64,000 bases of DNA from an uncultured Alphaproteobacteria bacterium (GCA_963799455.1 CAWCXF010000007.1:99221-163220), one strand, 5' to 3'. Positions 48,873-59,524 are shown, counted from the stretch's first letter. Notes: a model not told the origin generated them from the sequence alone. A program made the numbers and translations.

Positions 48873-50453
48873 GGGATTGAGTCGGAGGAGGGGCCGGCGT
48901 ACAGACGTGGCCAGCCGCCGGACCACTGGATGCGGTCGACCAGGACCTGCCGGCCTGGGCTTTCCCCTGCGCGACCGCCCACCCAGGAGTGGTAGACGTA
49001 GCCCCAGCCGCCGCTTGGCAGAACCACCGCGGACCCGTGGCCTGGGCCCGCCCAGCGCGCGTTGGTGGTGAGGATCGGGTCACCCAGTTTTGTGTAGGGG
49101 CCCATGGGGTTGCTCGCGCGCGCGACGCCAACGGCGTAGGCCGCTCGGTCGTAGGCGTTGCCGCTGTAGAACATGTAGAACATTTCCGTCGCGCTCGATG
49201 ATCCACTGACCCTCGACGACGTGGTTCTCCCAGGAGCGGTCGTTGGTGAGGATCGTCGCGATGTTGCCCATTCGCGTCGTTCCGTCGTCGGCGAGGCGTT
49301 GGATGCGGATCGGTGTTCGCGCGCCCACGGCGTTCCCATCGACCTTCCACGTCAAGTATCGCTGTCCGTCCGACGCGCGAAAGTAGTGCACGTCGATGAC
49401 GCCGGGGCTGGGGTCGTGGACCAGCGGCGCGCCGATGTCTTCGAAGGGACCCGTCGCGCTTGAGGAGACGGCAGCCCCGACAGCCAGCCGCCCGTCCGTT
49501 CGGCCTGCGCTAAAGTAAGCGACCCAGCGGCCGGGTCGGACCTGATGGATCTCCGGCGCCCAAAAACGATCCCGCGCCCAAGTCGGTCTCGCCCCTTCCG
49601 CGAACACATGCCCCGCGTGTGTCCAGTTCACGAGGTCCGTCGACGTGTAGATGCGAAACCGCCCGCCGGTGCACGACATGATGTAGCGATCGCCGTCTCT
49701 CGACACACCCGGATCCGGGCAGTCAAAGTCGATGACGGGGTTGTTGTAGAGTCCGCCACACTGGCGGTAGCGGAAGCTCGCGCCGCAGGCGTTCGATCCG
49801 GAGAAGTGCGGTGCCCAGCCATTCGAGAGCGTCGCCCTCGACTGTCCGCCGCCTGCATTGGCGCATTCCCGCGACCAGCTCACCACGCCGCTCACGTCGT
49901 CGTGCTGGGCGGGGTGTGAATCGGGGTGTAGCCACGCCGATCCGTAAGTCACCCGCGTGTCGCATGAGTCGCCAGCGCCCGCGCAGGATTCGCTCATGTC
50001 GATGGCGATGATGCACGCGTCGTTGCCTTCGAAGTAGGGCTGCCAGCCGTTTGAAAGCGTCGCGTAGGAGTTGGCGCCTTCGTTCGTGCAGGCGCCATCC
50101 CACGTCACTTCGCCCGCCACATCGTCGTAGTCGGTGCTTCGATCGCCGCCACGGATCCAGCGCGAACCATAGGTCACCCGCGTCATGCAGGGCGGCGGAA
50201 CCGACGCATCCATCGGCGCGTCTAGGGCACTCGAATCAAGCGCCTCGCCCGTATCGCCCAGCGCCACATCACTCAGCGAAACATCGCCGATTGGAACATC
50301 GGTCGAACTCACATCCGCGGCGCTGGAGTCTTGCAGGACCGAGGCGTCCTCCGCGGCGCTGTCGTCACCACATCCGAACAGCAGGCACAGGCACGCAGCT
50401 TGAAGAGTTCCGGTTCGAACGGTGATTCGTCGGCCGAGGGTTTGGGGTTTCAC
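48863..50453 (-). pseudogene. GH43-family glycoside hydrolase with a frame break near 49195
   Basis: ORF 49080..50453 carries the signal peptide and five-bladed propeller motifs up to EGQWIIERDG. The conserved YMFYSGN... continuation is in ORF 48863..49339; a 9-bp tandem duplication (gtagaacat x2) sits at the break. Confidence 0.65.
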
Positions 50454-50529
50454 CTTCCCACCTTACCACCTTACCAGAATTCTTCCGGCCGCCGTTTTCT
50501 AGTCATGCAGGCCTGTCACGCAGGCTACT

Positions 50530-50931
50530 TCATACAGGCATCGCTGCCGGCTCCACCGAACGCCGCAATTCAGCGGCTCTCCGTGCCGTGGCCATCAGGT
50601 CGGCGAGCCAACCATCGAACGCGGCCTGAGGCATCGGTTGTCGGCGGTCCGCGATATGGAGCAGGCTCGCGTCCTCGGTGAGGGCCACGCCATGCATCGC
50701 GTCGGCGATCCGCCGGACCAGGATCTCATGTGCATGCCAGACCTCTCGAGGCACGCCGCCATTCTGGAGCACGACCTCTGCCCAGAATTCGGGCTTGAAG
50801 TCGAGCTGGGAGGTGAGGTCCTCCCAATCCCGGGGGTCTTCCGCGCCTGGCCAAGTGTTGACCCGAAGGCTCGGAGAGAAGTTCCTAAAGGAGGGCATTT
50901 CACGCCCAAAGATAAACCAGCTGTAACTCAT
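50530..50931 (-). CDS. hypothetical protein
   Basis: 133-aa ORF in the myxo-type codon frame; no recognisable family. Confidence 0.3.
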   Translation of the reverse strand: MSYSWFIFGREMPSFRNFSPSLRVNTWPGAEDPRDWEDLTSQLDFKPEFWAEVVLQNGGVPREVWHAHEILVRRIADAMHGVALTEDASLLHIADRRQPMPQAAFDGWLADLMATARRAAELRRSVEPAAMPV

Positions 50932-51079
50932 AACGACGGTTGCTGTGCATCACCTGTGCCAAACATGAGCCCGTCATTCCATAGGCGTTCGATGTGGAAC
51001 TTGGAGAACATGCGTGGCGCTGGCTTCCCGGTCTGTAGCGATCTGTTCACAACCCCCACGACGAAACGATCAGCTGGCT

Positions 51080-51628
51080 TTAGAGTCTGGCCCGGCGCTC
51101 CGCTCGCAAGTAGCGTCCCCACTCCGCGTCGTACGGATGCACGCGGCTGGCTCGGCCGTCGCCGTCGCACAAGAGGCGGTCTTCGTTGGCCCATTGGAAG
51201 ATGCCGCCGAGGAGGTTGTGGACGGAGCGCGCGCCGGCGGCGCGAACGGCGGGCATGAGCTCTGCGCTGCGGTAGCCGACGGAGCAATAGACCACGACAT
51301 CCCGTCCACGAAGATTCAGTGAGCTCAAGTCCGTCGTCCCTGGCTCGACGCGAATCGCGCCATGGAGGTGGCTCTGGGCAAACTCCGAGGCCGCACGCAC
51401 GTCGAGGAGGATCGGGCGTTGTGATTCAGGGCGGCCGAGCTGCGCTGCAAGGTCTACGGTGCGGATCCACTCGGTGCCTGCATGGTCTCGGTCGATGGCG
51501 CCGCGCAACGAAACCGGCGACGAAGTCTGAGCGTCCGCCGTCGCGACAAAGCCAGCGCTAAAAAAGCCGACGATGAAAAAGACTGCGAGGCTCCTCGCAA
51601 GGCGACTACGATTGTGGGGGTGGCTCAT
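51080..51628 (-). CDS. rhodanese-domain sulfurtransferase
   Basis: Signal peptide plus the rhodanese active-site loop CSVGYRS. Confidence 0.7.
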   Translation of the reverse strand: MSHPHNRSRLARSLAVFFIVGFFSAGFVATADAQTSSPVSLRGAIDRDHAGTEWIRTVDLAAQLGRPESQRPILLDVRAASEFAQSHLHGAIRVEPGTTDLSSLNLRGRDVVVYCSVGYRSAELMPAVRAAGARSVHNLLGGIFQWANEDRLLCDGDGRASRVHPYDAEWGRYLRAERRARL

Positions 51629-51664
51629 ACGATCACGTTTCTGGAGCGACTCGAAGAGTAGCGC

Positions 51665-53335
51665 ATGGGCCTCCTCGACCCCAAACCGACGCCCTACGAT
51701 GGGATCGAATGGTGCAAGCTCCCCTTCGCGGAACGCGGCAGGATGGCCTGCGAAGCATGGGCGCTGGATGGCTACGGCACACCCATCGCTGCATATGCCT
51801 TCTATGCCCTAAAAATGGCCCTCTACATCGGCGGATGGGCGGGGCTATGCTCCCTGTCGCCGAGCCTTGGGAGCCTGACGGAGATCGGCTCCTGGTGGCT
51901 CGAGCCTTTGGCGTTTCAGAAGGCCGTGCTCTGGAGCCTGGTGTTCGAAGGCACCGGTTTTGGCTGTGGGAGTGGGCCCCTGACGGGTCGTTACCTGCCG
52001 CCGGTGGGCGGCATGTTCTACTGGCTTCGACCCGGCACCACCAAGCTCCCGCTCTTCCCTCGAGCGCCGGTGATCGGCGGCGCTCGTCGCTCATGGCTCG
52101 ACGTCGGCGTCTACGCGGCGCTTCACGGCGCGGCGATCTACGCGCTCACTTTGCCCGTTTTCGATGGGACGCTCGCCGCCCTCGTGGTGGTCCTCGCGTG
52201 CGTTCTCGGCGTCCTCGACCGCACCGCTTTTCTAGCGCTCCGCCCCGAGCACTACGTCGTCGTGCTCGCTTGCTTTGTCCTGCCGGGCAACGCTTTCGCA
52301 GGGGCTCAAGTGGTCACGCTGGCGCTCTGGTTCTGGGCGGGCTTCTCCAAGCTCAACTCGCATTTCCCGTACGTCGCGTGCGTGATGACGAGCAACAGCC
52401 CCATCACGCGTTTCGCTTGGATGCGGCGGCTCGTGTACCGGGGCTGCCCCGGCGACCTGCGACCTTCGCGACTAGCTCGGATGATGGCGCACGCGGGGAC
52501 CATGATGGAGCTCGGCGTGCCCACGCTCTTCGTCATCAGCTCAATGCAGCACGGCGAGGCGGCGCACGCGACGCTCATCGCCGCGATGGTCGCCATGCTC
52601 CTCTTGCATGGCTACATCATCAGCAACGTGCCGATGGGCGTGCCGCTGGAGTGGAACGTGATGGTCGTCTATTCGGCCTTCGCGCTCTTTTGGGCCCGAC
52701 CAGGCGTTGCGCCCATCGAAGCATTCTCGTCGAGCGCGGGTGCCCTTCTCTTTGCCACGTGCTTCGCGCTACCGCTGGCGGGGAACCTCTGGCCCTCGCG
52801 GATCTCGTTTCTTTTGTCGATGCGTTACTACGCGGGCAACTGGCCGTACAGCGTCTGGCTCTTCCGTGGCGAGAGCCATCGCAAGCTCGAGCGCCTGACG
52901 ACCTCCGCGCCTTGGGTCTACGACCAGCTCGCGCACTTCTACGATGAGCAGACCGCCCGCGCTCTCGTCGGCAAGGTGCTCGCGTTCCGTCTTATGCATC
53001 TACACGGCCGCCTGCTTCGGCTCTTGCTCTCGCGCGCCGTGAACCGCCTGGAGGACTACGAATATCTCGATGGAGAGATCGTCGCCGGGCTTGTGCTCGG
53101 GTGGAACTTTGGCGACGGCCACCTGCATCGCGAAGCGCTCCTTGAGAAAGTCCAGGCGCAGTGCGGTTTCGAAGAGGGCGAGCTGCGATGCATCTTTGTG
53201 GGCGCTCAAGGGCTCGGTGCGAAGGCGCTGCCGTACCGGATCGTCGACGCCAAGAGCGGCGAGATTGAGCGCGGGGAAGTGCCCGTCGCGGACCTCCACG
53301 TCGGTCAGGCTTGGGAATACGCGGACGGCGTGTGA
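51665..53335 (+). CDS. DUF3556-like polytopic membrane protein
   Basis: 556 aa with about 10 transmembrane helices and a soluble C-terminal domain. Confidence 0.55.
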   Translation: MGLLDPKPTPYDGIEWCKLPFAERGRMACEAWALDGYGTPIAAYAFYALKMALYIGGWAGLCSLSPSLGSLTEIGSWWLEPLAFQKAVLWSLVFEGTGFGCGSGPLTGRYLPPVGGMFYWLRPGTTKLPLFPRAPVIGGARRSWLDVGVYAALHGAAIYALTLPVFDGTLAALVVVLACVLGVLDRTAFLALRPEHYVVVLACFVLPGNAFAGAQVVTLALWFWAGFSKLNSHFPYVACVMTSNSPITRFAWMRRLVYRGCPGDLRPSRLARMMAHAGTMMELGVPTLFVISSMQHGEAAHATLIAAMVAMLLLHGYIISNVPMGVPLEWNVMVVYSAFALFWARPGVAPIEAFSSSAGALLFATCFALPLAGNLWPSRISFLLSMRYYAGNWPYSVWLFRGESHRKLERLTTSAPWVYDQLAHFYDEQTARALVGKVLAFRLMHLHGRLLRLLLSRAVNRLEDYEYLDGEIVAGLVLGWNFGDGHLHREALLEKVQAQCGFEEGELRCIFVGAQGLGAKALPYRIVDAKSGEIERGEVPVADLHVGQAWEYADGV

Positions 53336-53429
53336 TGGGCGCTCTCCAGACGAAAGCGCGATCCGCCCATGTTGCTTTCGCCTCCGGACCCACCATAGTC
53401 AACCCTTGGAGAGCAATGAGCGTTCGAAA

Positions 53430-54296
53430 ATGAGATGGGAGTGGCTGAGCCTGGTCGTCGGCTTCGTCCTCCTCGGTGTCGGTCTTTCGTTCGCCGCCTT
53501 TGGCACGGGCGAAGAGCAGGCCCCTGTGCCCGCTGAGTCCACTCCAGAAGTCGACATCCCCATCCCCAACTTCGTGCCGGAACCGATCGTTGTTGCGCCG
53601 GAACGCGGCATGTTCGATCCGAACCTCGAGCCCAGTGAGATGCCCAGTGAGACACTGCTTGGGGCCGCCAGTCCACTCGATGACTCTGCGGTACGGTCCG
53701 TCGTGAGCGCGAGCGAGCACAGGCGGATGCTTCAGCGATGCTACAATATCGCGATCCGAGGTGTCTCCGATCCGCCAGATCGACGGCTGGACGTTTCGAT
53801 TCGCGTCGCCGCGAGTGGGCGCGTGACGAGCGCGACGGTGACCGGGGACGAGCTCGGCCCACTGAATCGCTGCGTGGAGGACGGAGTTCGGCGCTGGGAC
53901 TTTCCTGAATCGTCCGCCGGTGGTGAAGCGATCTTTCCCATCGTCTTTTCCTCCCCTTCCTCTGCGCCCTCGGACGAACACGAAGCGACCGAGCCAGATC
54001 CCTCGGCTGGAGGGCCGCTTGATGACGCAGCGGTACTCGGCGTGGTGAGGGATCCCGAAAACAGGCAGATGCTTCAGCGGTGCTACAACACAGCGCTGCA
54101 GGACGAAGATCCACTCAGCCCACGTGTTGATGTTCGTATTCAGGTCGCTCCAAGCGGTCGCGTCACGAGCGTTGTTGTCACCGGTCAAAGTTTGGGACAG
54201 CTGCATGCCTGTCTTGAGACAAGCATTCAACGTTGGGTCTTTCCAGAGTCAGCCGGGGGCGTGGTGGCGTTCCCAGTGGTGTTCTCGGCGCGGTAG
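53430..54296 (+). CDS. protein with tandem AgmX/PglI-type (TonB-C-like) domains
   Basis: Transmembrane anchor, then two ~100-aa repeats each containing RQMLQRCYN...RVTS..VTG..LG.L..C.E..I..W.FPES. Confidence 0.6.
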   Translation: MRWEWLSLVVGFVLLGVGLSFAAFGTGEEQAPVPAESTPEVDIPIPNFVPEPIVVAPERGMFDPNLEPSEMPSETLLGAASPLDDSAVRSVVSASEHRRMLQRCYNIAIRGVSDPPDRRLDVSIRVAASGRVTSATVTGDELGPLNRCVEDGVRRWDFPESSAGGEAIFPIVFSSPSSAPSDEHEATEPDPSAGGPLDDAAVLGVVRDPENRQMLQRCYNTALQDEDPLSPRVDVRIQVAPSGRVTSVVVTGQSLGQLHACLETSIQRWVFPESAGGVVAFPVVFSAR

Positions 54297-54321
54297 CGCG
54301 TCCGATCAAAGTGGGAAAGAC

Positions 54322-56058
54322 TCAGGAAGGCTCACTCGGCTCAGGCTTCTCGTTGTGCTCGGGCTCTTCCGGGAGCTGAAGCGAGACCGTGAATGTCGAG
54401 CCTTGGCCCGGCGCGCTTTTTACGCCAACGGTGGCGCCCATCTGCGTGCAGAGATGTTTGACGATGGCCAGGCCGAGCCCGGTGCCGCCGACGTCCCGTG
54501 AGCGTCCTTCGTCGACGCGGTAGAAGCGCTCGAAGAGGCGCCCGTGGTGAACGGCGGCGATGCCGGGTCCGGGATTGTGCACGCTCACGTGGACACGCTC
54601 GTCGACCTCGATGGTGACGTTCACGGCGGACTCGGCGGGCGCGTATTTGATGGCGTTGTCGACGAGGTTCACTAGCACCTGGTCTAGGCCGCGGTGACTC
54701 GCCCACGCTGTGACGGGCTCACCGCCGGGCAAGTAGACCAGCTGGATCTTTCGTTCCCCGGCCTTCGACGTGAGGCCTCGCATGACTTCGGACACGGTCT
54801 TTTCGACGTCGACGCGCTCCATCGCGAGGTTGTGCTCGGGTGACTCCGCCTTCGAGAGCGCCGAGAGATCTCCGACAAGGGCATCGAGGCGGCGCGTGTG
54901 GCGCAGGATCACGTCGAGGAAACGAATGGCGGCTTCCGGGTCGTCGATGGCGCCGTCTCGGAGCGTCTCGGCGAAGCCACGAATCGCCGTCAGGGGCGTG
55001 CGAAGTTCGTGGCTGGCGTTGGCGACGAAGTCCCGGCGAACGCGGTCGGCGTGGCGAAGACCGGAGACGTCATGGAGCACGACGACGACGCCGGTCTCGT
55101 CGGGCAGACGCGCTACTTCGGCCGTGAGGTAGTAGCGGGTGCCGCGGTCATCGAACTCGAACTCGACCTGGCTGGAATCCTGGTGTCGGGCGGCGCGGAC
55201 CGCTTCATGAAGGTGCGTGTGTCCAAACACTTCGCTCGAGGTCTTCCCGATGGCCTCCTTGCCGGCGAGGCCCTCGAAGGCCGCGTTGGTTTCGGTGATT
55301 CGGCCAAGGAGGTCGGTGACGAAGACCGCCTCGACCATCGCGTCGAGGACGGTTCGAAGGCGATCCTGTTCGCCGCGCAGGTTGTTGATGCGGTCGTCGA
55401 GGAGATCGGCCATTCGATCGAGGGCACGCCCGATCTGTCCGAGCTCGTCATCGCGCGTGCTTTTGGTTCGCGCGCTGAGGTCTCCCGAAGCGAGGGCGTC
55501 TGCCACGCGCTTGAGCTCGTGGACGGGTTCGACGAGGGTTCGGCCGAGCACGAACATGAGAAACACAGCGACGAGGGCCGCCATGACTCCGCCGATGATC
55601 ACAAGCTCACGAACCGACGCGCGTACGCCCGCGCTGAAGGTCGTTGGTAAGGAAGTTTGCACGATGGTGTCGCCGTCTTGGGCGAAGTACACGTGTTGAG
55701 CGAGGAGTTCGGCTTGGGCTGTTCCTCGCGCTTCGAACTCTGCGAGGGCTTCATCGAAGATCATTTCTTCGCCGGCAAATGCAGGGAACGCGCTGTGCGC
55801 GACGACGCTTCCGTTTTGGATCACCGCGATGCTGCAACCCATCTCGGAGCCGACGCGGGACGCCGCTTCCTGGTAGCTCCGTGCGTCTCGGTCCGCATCG
55901 AGGACTTGGGCGGCGGCGTCCGAGAGCAGCTCTCGGGCGAGCTGCCGGAGGCGATACTCGACGAGGGGGTCCTCAAGGAGAAGAAGCACGAGGACGAGGG
56001 CGCCGATCGCTGTGACGATGGCACTTACCAAGCTCCGCCGCAGACCGCCCGCGTTCAT
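54322..56058 (-). CDS. sensor histidine kinase (PhoR-like: two TM helices, HAMP, PAS, HisKA, HATPase_c)
   Basis: H-box ASHELRTPL; N, G1 and G2 boxes (DNAIKY, GTGLGL). Confidence 0.85.
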   Translation of the reverse strand: MNAGGLRRSLVSAIVTAIGALVLVLLLLEDPLVEYRLRQLARELLSDAAAQVLDADRDARSYQEAASRVGSEMGCSIAVIQNGSVVAHSAFPAFAGEEMIFDEALAEFEARGTAQAELLAQHVYFAQDGDTIVQTSLPTTFSAGVRASVRELVIIGGVMAALVAVFLMFVLGRTLVEPVHELKRVADALASGDLSARTKSTRDDELGQIGRALDRMADLLDDRINNLRGEQDRLRTVLDAMVEAVFVTDLLGRITETNAAFEGLAGKEAIGKTSSEVFGHTHLHEAVRAARHQDSSQVEFEFDDRGTRYYLTAEVARLPDETGVVVVLHDVSGLRHADRVRRDFVANASHELRTPLTAIRGFAETLRDGAIDDPEAAIRFLDVILRHTRRLDALVGDLSALSKAESPEHNLAMERVDVEKTVSEVMRGLTSKAGERKIQLVYLPGGEPVTAWASHRGLDQVLVNLVDNAIKYAPAESAVNVTIEVDERVHVSVHNPGPGIAAVHHGRLFERFYRVDEGRSRDVGGTGLGLAIVKHLCTQMGATVGVKSAPGQGSTFTVSLQLPEEPEHNEKPEPSEPS

Positions 56059-56263
56059 GCAGGGGGTGTAGCACAGCGGCTTCGAGTTCGGCGGTGATCA
56101 CGCAGGCGTTGCCTTCCTGTGACAGTTTGCTCACTGCCCGCGCTGGAAGTCGACGTGGATCTGAGCACATTGGACGCCATCGATGGCAGCGAGCTGATCT
56201 ACGACATGCTGCGCGTCAGCGCTGAGTAGCCCAGTGCTGAGGAGGATGGGTTCGTGGAGTCCG

Positions 56264-56710
56264 TCAGTCGACGATTCGGACCAGCTCCACGTCAAAGACC
56301 AGCATGCCCGCGGGGCGATCGGGTCGGCCGGCATAGGCCAGCGCCTGGGGAATCCAAAGCCGGCGCTTCTCTCCGTGCACCATCAGCTGCAGTCCCTCGG
56401 ACCAGCCTGGGATCACCTCGTTCAGCGGGAACGCGATGCTTTCGCCGCCGGGGATGGACGAGTCGAACATCTCCCCGTCGGTCGTCCAGCCTGTGTAGTG
56501 AACCTCCACCGTGCTCGTGGCGCTCGGGTGGGTCGTTCCCGTTCCGGGTGTCAGAACGCGGCTCGCGACGCCCGACGCGGTTCGTTCGGCGTCGGCGGGA
56601 GGCGCAGCTACATCCTCTGGAGCGGGGATGGGCGGAGGGGGTTCGTTGCAGCCCGCGGCGAGTATGACGAGGAGGAACGCGGGAAAGACGAAGGAGCGCA
56701 TGCTCGACAT
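56264..56710 (-). CDS. FKBP-type peptidyl-prolyl cis-trans isomerase, secreted/lipoprotein
   Basis: VEVHYTGWTTDGEMFDSS...LVFDVELV FKBP signature. Confidence 0.75.
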   Translation of the reverse strand: MSSMRSFVFPAFLLVILAAGCNEPPPPIPAPEDVAAPPADAERTASGVASRVLTPGTGTTHPSATSTVEVHYTGWTTDGEMFDSSIPGGESIAFPLNEVIPGWSEGLQLMVHGEKRRLWIPQALAYAGRPDRPAGMLVFDVELVRIVD

Positions 56711-56732
56711 TTCCACGGCTGCGCAGACCCGG

Positions 56733-57320
56733 TCAACCGGTCCGTCGAAGAGTGGGAAGACGACGCTCTCGAACCTGCCGGCGTCGTGCCCAGAGGCCAA
56801 GCAGTGCAAGCGCCCCAAGCTCCGGGAACGCCGATGTCCGTGCCCCGATGGAGCAGCGCGAGCACCCAGGGTCTGGGTAGTTGTTCGCAGAGGAGGTCAC
56901 GGTGCCGCAGCGAACCGAAGTACGGGCTCTTCCTTCGCGCAGATGGGCACGAACGCGATAACGTCCCACCGGTAGCGCCTCCAAGGAATAGCCATCCGCG
57001 ATCACACCGACGACAACCACATCCGGGGGGTCGCCTTGAAGGACATCGACGACGCGAAACGTCACCGCCAGGTACGTCGGCAAGTAGCGATCCCTGTCCG
57101 GATTCCATTCTGGGCTATCCAGGTCCACGAGTCGTTGGTCCGCGATGTCGCCGACGAAGACCCAGTCCGCCGCGGCGTCCATGGCTTCGAACTCTTCCTG
57201 CGTTCGAATCGTGGCGCATTCAGCATGCGCGTTGCCTGTCCACGATAGGGCGAACAAGAAGAGCGCGAGTCGCACATTGTTTTCCCACGGGCTGCGGACA
57301 AACTTGGTTGCTCGTTGCAA
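56733..57320 (-). CDS. hypothetical secreted protein
   Basis: Signal peptide LALFLFALSWTGNAHA. Confidence 0.35.
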   Translation of the reverse strand: MQRATKFVRSPWENNVRLALFLFALSWTGNAHAECATIRTQEEFEAMDAAADWVFVGDIADQRLVDLDSPEWNPDRDRYLPTYLAVTFRVVDVLQGDPPDVVVVGVIADGYSLEALPVGRYRVRAHLREGRARTSVRCGTVTSSANNYPDPGCSRCSIGARTSAFPELGALALLGLWARRRQVRERRLPTLRRTG

Positions 57321-57335
57321 AGAGGCCCCGGAAGC

Positions 57336-57863
57336 TCAGATCGTCAGCAAGATGAGCAGCGCCATCGCTTGGCGCTTGGCCGGCGTGTCCGCAGGCGAGA
57401 GCGTCATGGTGGGGCCGTCTGGGTTGCCGCCGATGAGGCCGCCGTCTGGGCCGAAGCTTAACGAGTGCTCTCCGATGGTGACACTTCCGTCCTCGGCGAT
57501 GACACCGATGACGGAGCCATTCTGAGCGCGGAAGGTTCCGTCGGGCAGGACGGTGGCGATGACCTCACCGTCGGCCTGAATATCGCCGTTGGTAAAGAAA
57601 CGTGGTCCTCGCGCCTCGGGTTGGCCTGGGATCGTGACGACGCCATCGGCGCTCATCGAAATGCTCGTTCCACCGCTGTCGGTCATCGTGAACGGGGCCA
57701 TGACGAAGACATCCGCGCGCTCGGGCTCGGGCGTGGGCTCGGATTCGGACGAGTTAGGGGTTTCGGAGCCGGAGGTGGTGACCGGTTCGGCGCTGGTTGT
57801 TTGACCGCCGCATGCGAGGGCAAGAAGGGCGCAAGTGACAAGGCGATTCATGCCAAGCGGCAT
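57336..57863 (-). CDS. hypothetical lipoprotein
   Basis: Lipobox LALACGG. Confidence 0.4.
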   Translation of the reverse strand: MPLGMNRLVTCALLALACGGQTTSAEPVTTSGSETPNSSESEPTPEPERADVFVMAPFTMTDSGGTSISMSADGVVTIPGQPEARGPRFFTNGDIQADGEVIATVLPDGTFRAQNGSVIGVIAEDGSVTIGEHSLSFGPDGGLIGGNPDGPTMTLSPADTPAKRQAMALLILLTI

Positions 57864-57922
57864 AACACAGCCTCCGGCCGTTGCCGCTCAAGGTTCGAAA
57901 AGTGATGGTTCTCGCCATCGTC

Positions 57923-58543
57923 TCAGCTGCTGATGCAACCGATCCAGTCACCCTGGGTAAGAGTGAGAAGACCAAACGTGGCGGCGGACATCAATACCGT
58001 CCCAAAGATCGCTCCGGCGAGGCGGGGGCGACGACGCGGTCCCGGAAGTCGGGCAAGGCGGATCGCGCCGGCAAGGGTCAGCGAGACCCCGAGCCCCACG
58101 GAGATGAGCGCAGGCACATCGGCGCCGGTGTAGCGCTCTCCCGTATCGTAACAGGTGGACGGAGCGAGCACCGCGGCGAGTGTTGTCCCGGCGGAGAGCA
58201 GTGAGAGGCCGATCATCAGGGGCCATCGGCCGCTCTTGTACCCAGCGCTTGTCCTCACTGGCGGCCGAGGCGGTCGTGGGGGGCGTTCGTCGTCGAGGTA
58301 TTCGAACGCGTCGATGTCTGGAACTGCGGCGTTCTCTGAAGGACCCTGGACGCCGTAGCCGTCCATCTGCGTCAGCGTGAGTTCCGCGTCCAGAAGCCGG
58401 GGCGCTTGAGCGTGAGAGCTATCGACAGGGACGCTAGCCGACGCCCACGCGATGAAGGCAGCGAGCAGAATTCGCGGTGATGGAGAAAGTGAAGAGCCCA
58501 TAGCTGTGTGGTGCCTGCGTCGGTCGTGTGGCATCGAACTCAC
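57923..58543 (-). CDS. hypothetical membrane protein
   Basis: Signal peptide plus two C-terminal transmembrane helices. Confidence 0.35.
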   Translation of the reverse strand: MSSMPHDRRRHHTAMGSSLSPSPRILLAAFIAWASASVPVDSSHAQAPRLLDAELTLTQMDGYGVQGPSENAAVPDIDAFEYLDDERPPRPPRPPVRTSAGYKSGRWPLMIGLSLLSAGTTLAAVLAPSTCYDTGERYTGADVPALISVGLGVSLTLAGAIRLARLPGPRRRPRLAGAIFGTVLMSAATFGLLTLTQGDWIGCISS

Positions 58544-58659
58544 ACGTTGGAGCTGTGCGCGCTGAATGCGCGCGTTCGCTGCGTTCAGCTCACATCAACG
58601 CAAAACACAGGCCAACCGACCGTCGGCAGGCGCTTAGGCAGGAAGGCGCTTGGGCCGGA

Positions 58660-59346
58660 TCAGTCTTTGACCATGCGATAGCCGACGCCGCGCACGGTCT
58701 CGACGTAAGCGGCCGCCTCGCCGAGTTTCTCGCGGAGCCGCTTTACGTGGGTGTCGACGGTTCGGGTCTCGATGCCCGGCGCGTAGCCCCAGACGCGCTC
58801 CAGAAGCGAGTCGCGTGACTGGACGCGGCCGCGGCGTTTGGCCAGGTCGAGGAGCAGTCGGAACTCAAGGGCCGTGAGCGGGACTTCTTCGCCAGCGACG
58901 CTGACGGTATGAGCGCCGATGTCGATGGCGAGGCTGCCTACCTCGATGGTGGCGGAGGACGCGCGTTCGGGTCCTCCGAGCCGGCGAAGGATCGCTTCGA
59001 TGCGGAGGACGAGTTCTCGAGGGCTGAAGGGTTTGACGACGTAGTCATCGGCGCCGACTTCGAAGCCGACGACGCGGTCGACCTCTTCGCCTTTGGCTGT
59101 GAGCATCACGACGGGGATCGAGGCGGTGGCCTCCGTGCGCCGGAGCTGTCGGCACACTTCGATGCCGGTGATGTCCGGGAGCATCACGTCAAGGACGACC
59201 AAGTCGGGGACTGAGCGCCGGATTTCTGCGAGGGCCGTCGCGCCGTCGCCGGCGGTGGTCACGCGGTGACCGGCCTGCTGCAGATTGAAAGCCACGAGCT
59301 CAGCAAGGTCTGCTTCGTCTTCGACTACGAGGATGCGTTTGCCCAT
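58660..59346 (-). CDS. OmpR/PhoB-family response regulator
   Basis: Receiver domain with D/K residues (ILVVEDE...LVVLDVMLP) and a winged-helix C-terminus (RTVDTHV..LR.KLG). Confidence 0.85.
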   Translation of the reverse strand: MGKRILVVEDEADLAELVAFNLQQAGHRVTTAGDGATALAEIRRSVPDLVVLDVMLPDITGIEVCRQLRRTEATASIPVVMLTAKGEEVDRVVGFEVGADDYVVKPFSPRELVLRIEAILRRLGGPERASSATIEVGSLAIDIGAHTVSVAGEEVPLTALEFRLLLDLAKRRGRVQSRDSLLERVWGYAPGIETRTVDTHVKRLREKLGEAAAYVETVRGVGYRMVKD

Positions 59347-59524
59347 AAATGAGGTTTGTTTGTCGAAATGCGAGGAGGGAGCGGCGAGGGGGGCCGAGGA
59401 AAGCATAGTGTGGACCCTGGGGCCCTACTTTGTCACTTGGGTGACGGCCGCGTGACGTGAGTGCAAGCGAATGGCGTCTTGCAGCCTTGCGCAGGGGCAA
59501 GCGAGGCGCTAACGCGCGAGCCAA

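Noticed and set aside
51709-52947. 412-aa Arg-rich ORF overlapping the DUF3556 gene in another frame
   Set aside because: Off-frame artefact; the DUF3556 frame shows coherent transmembrane helices.
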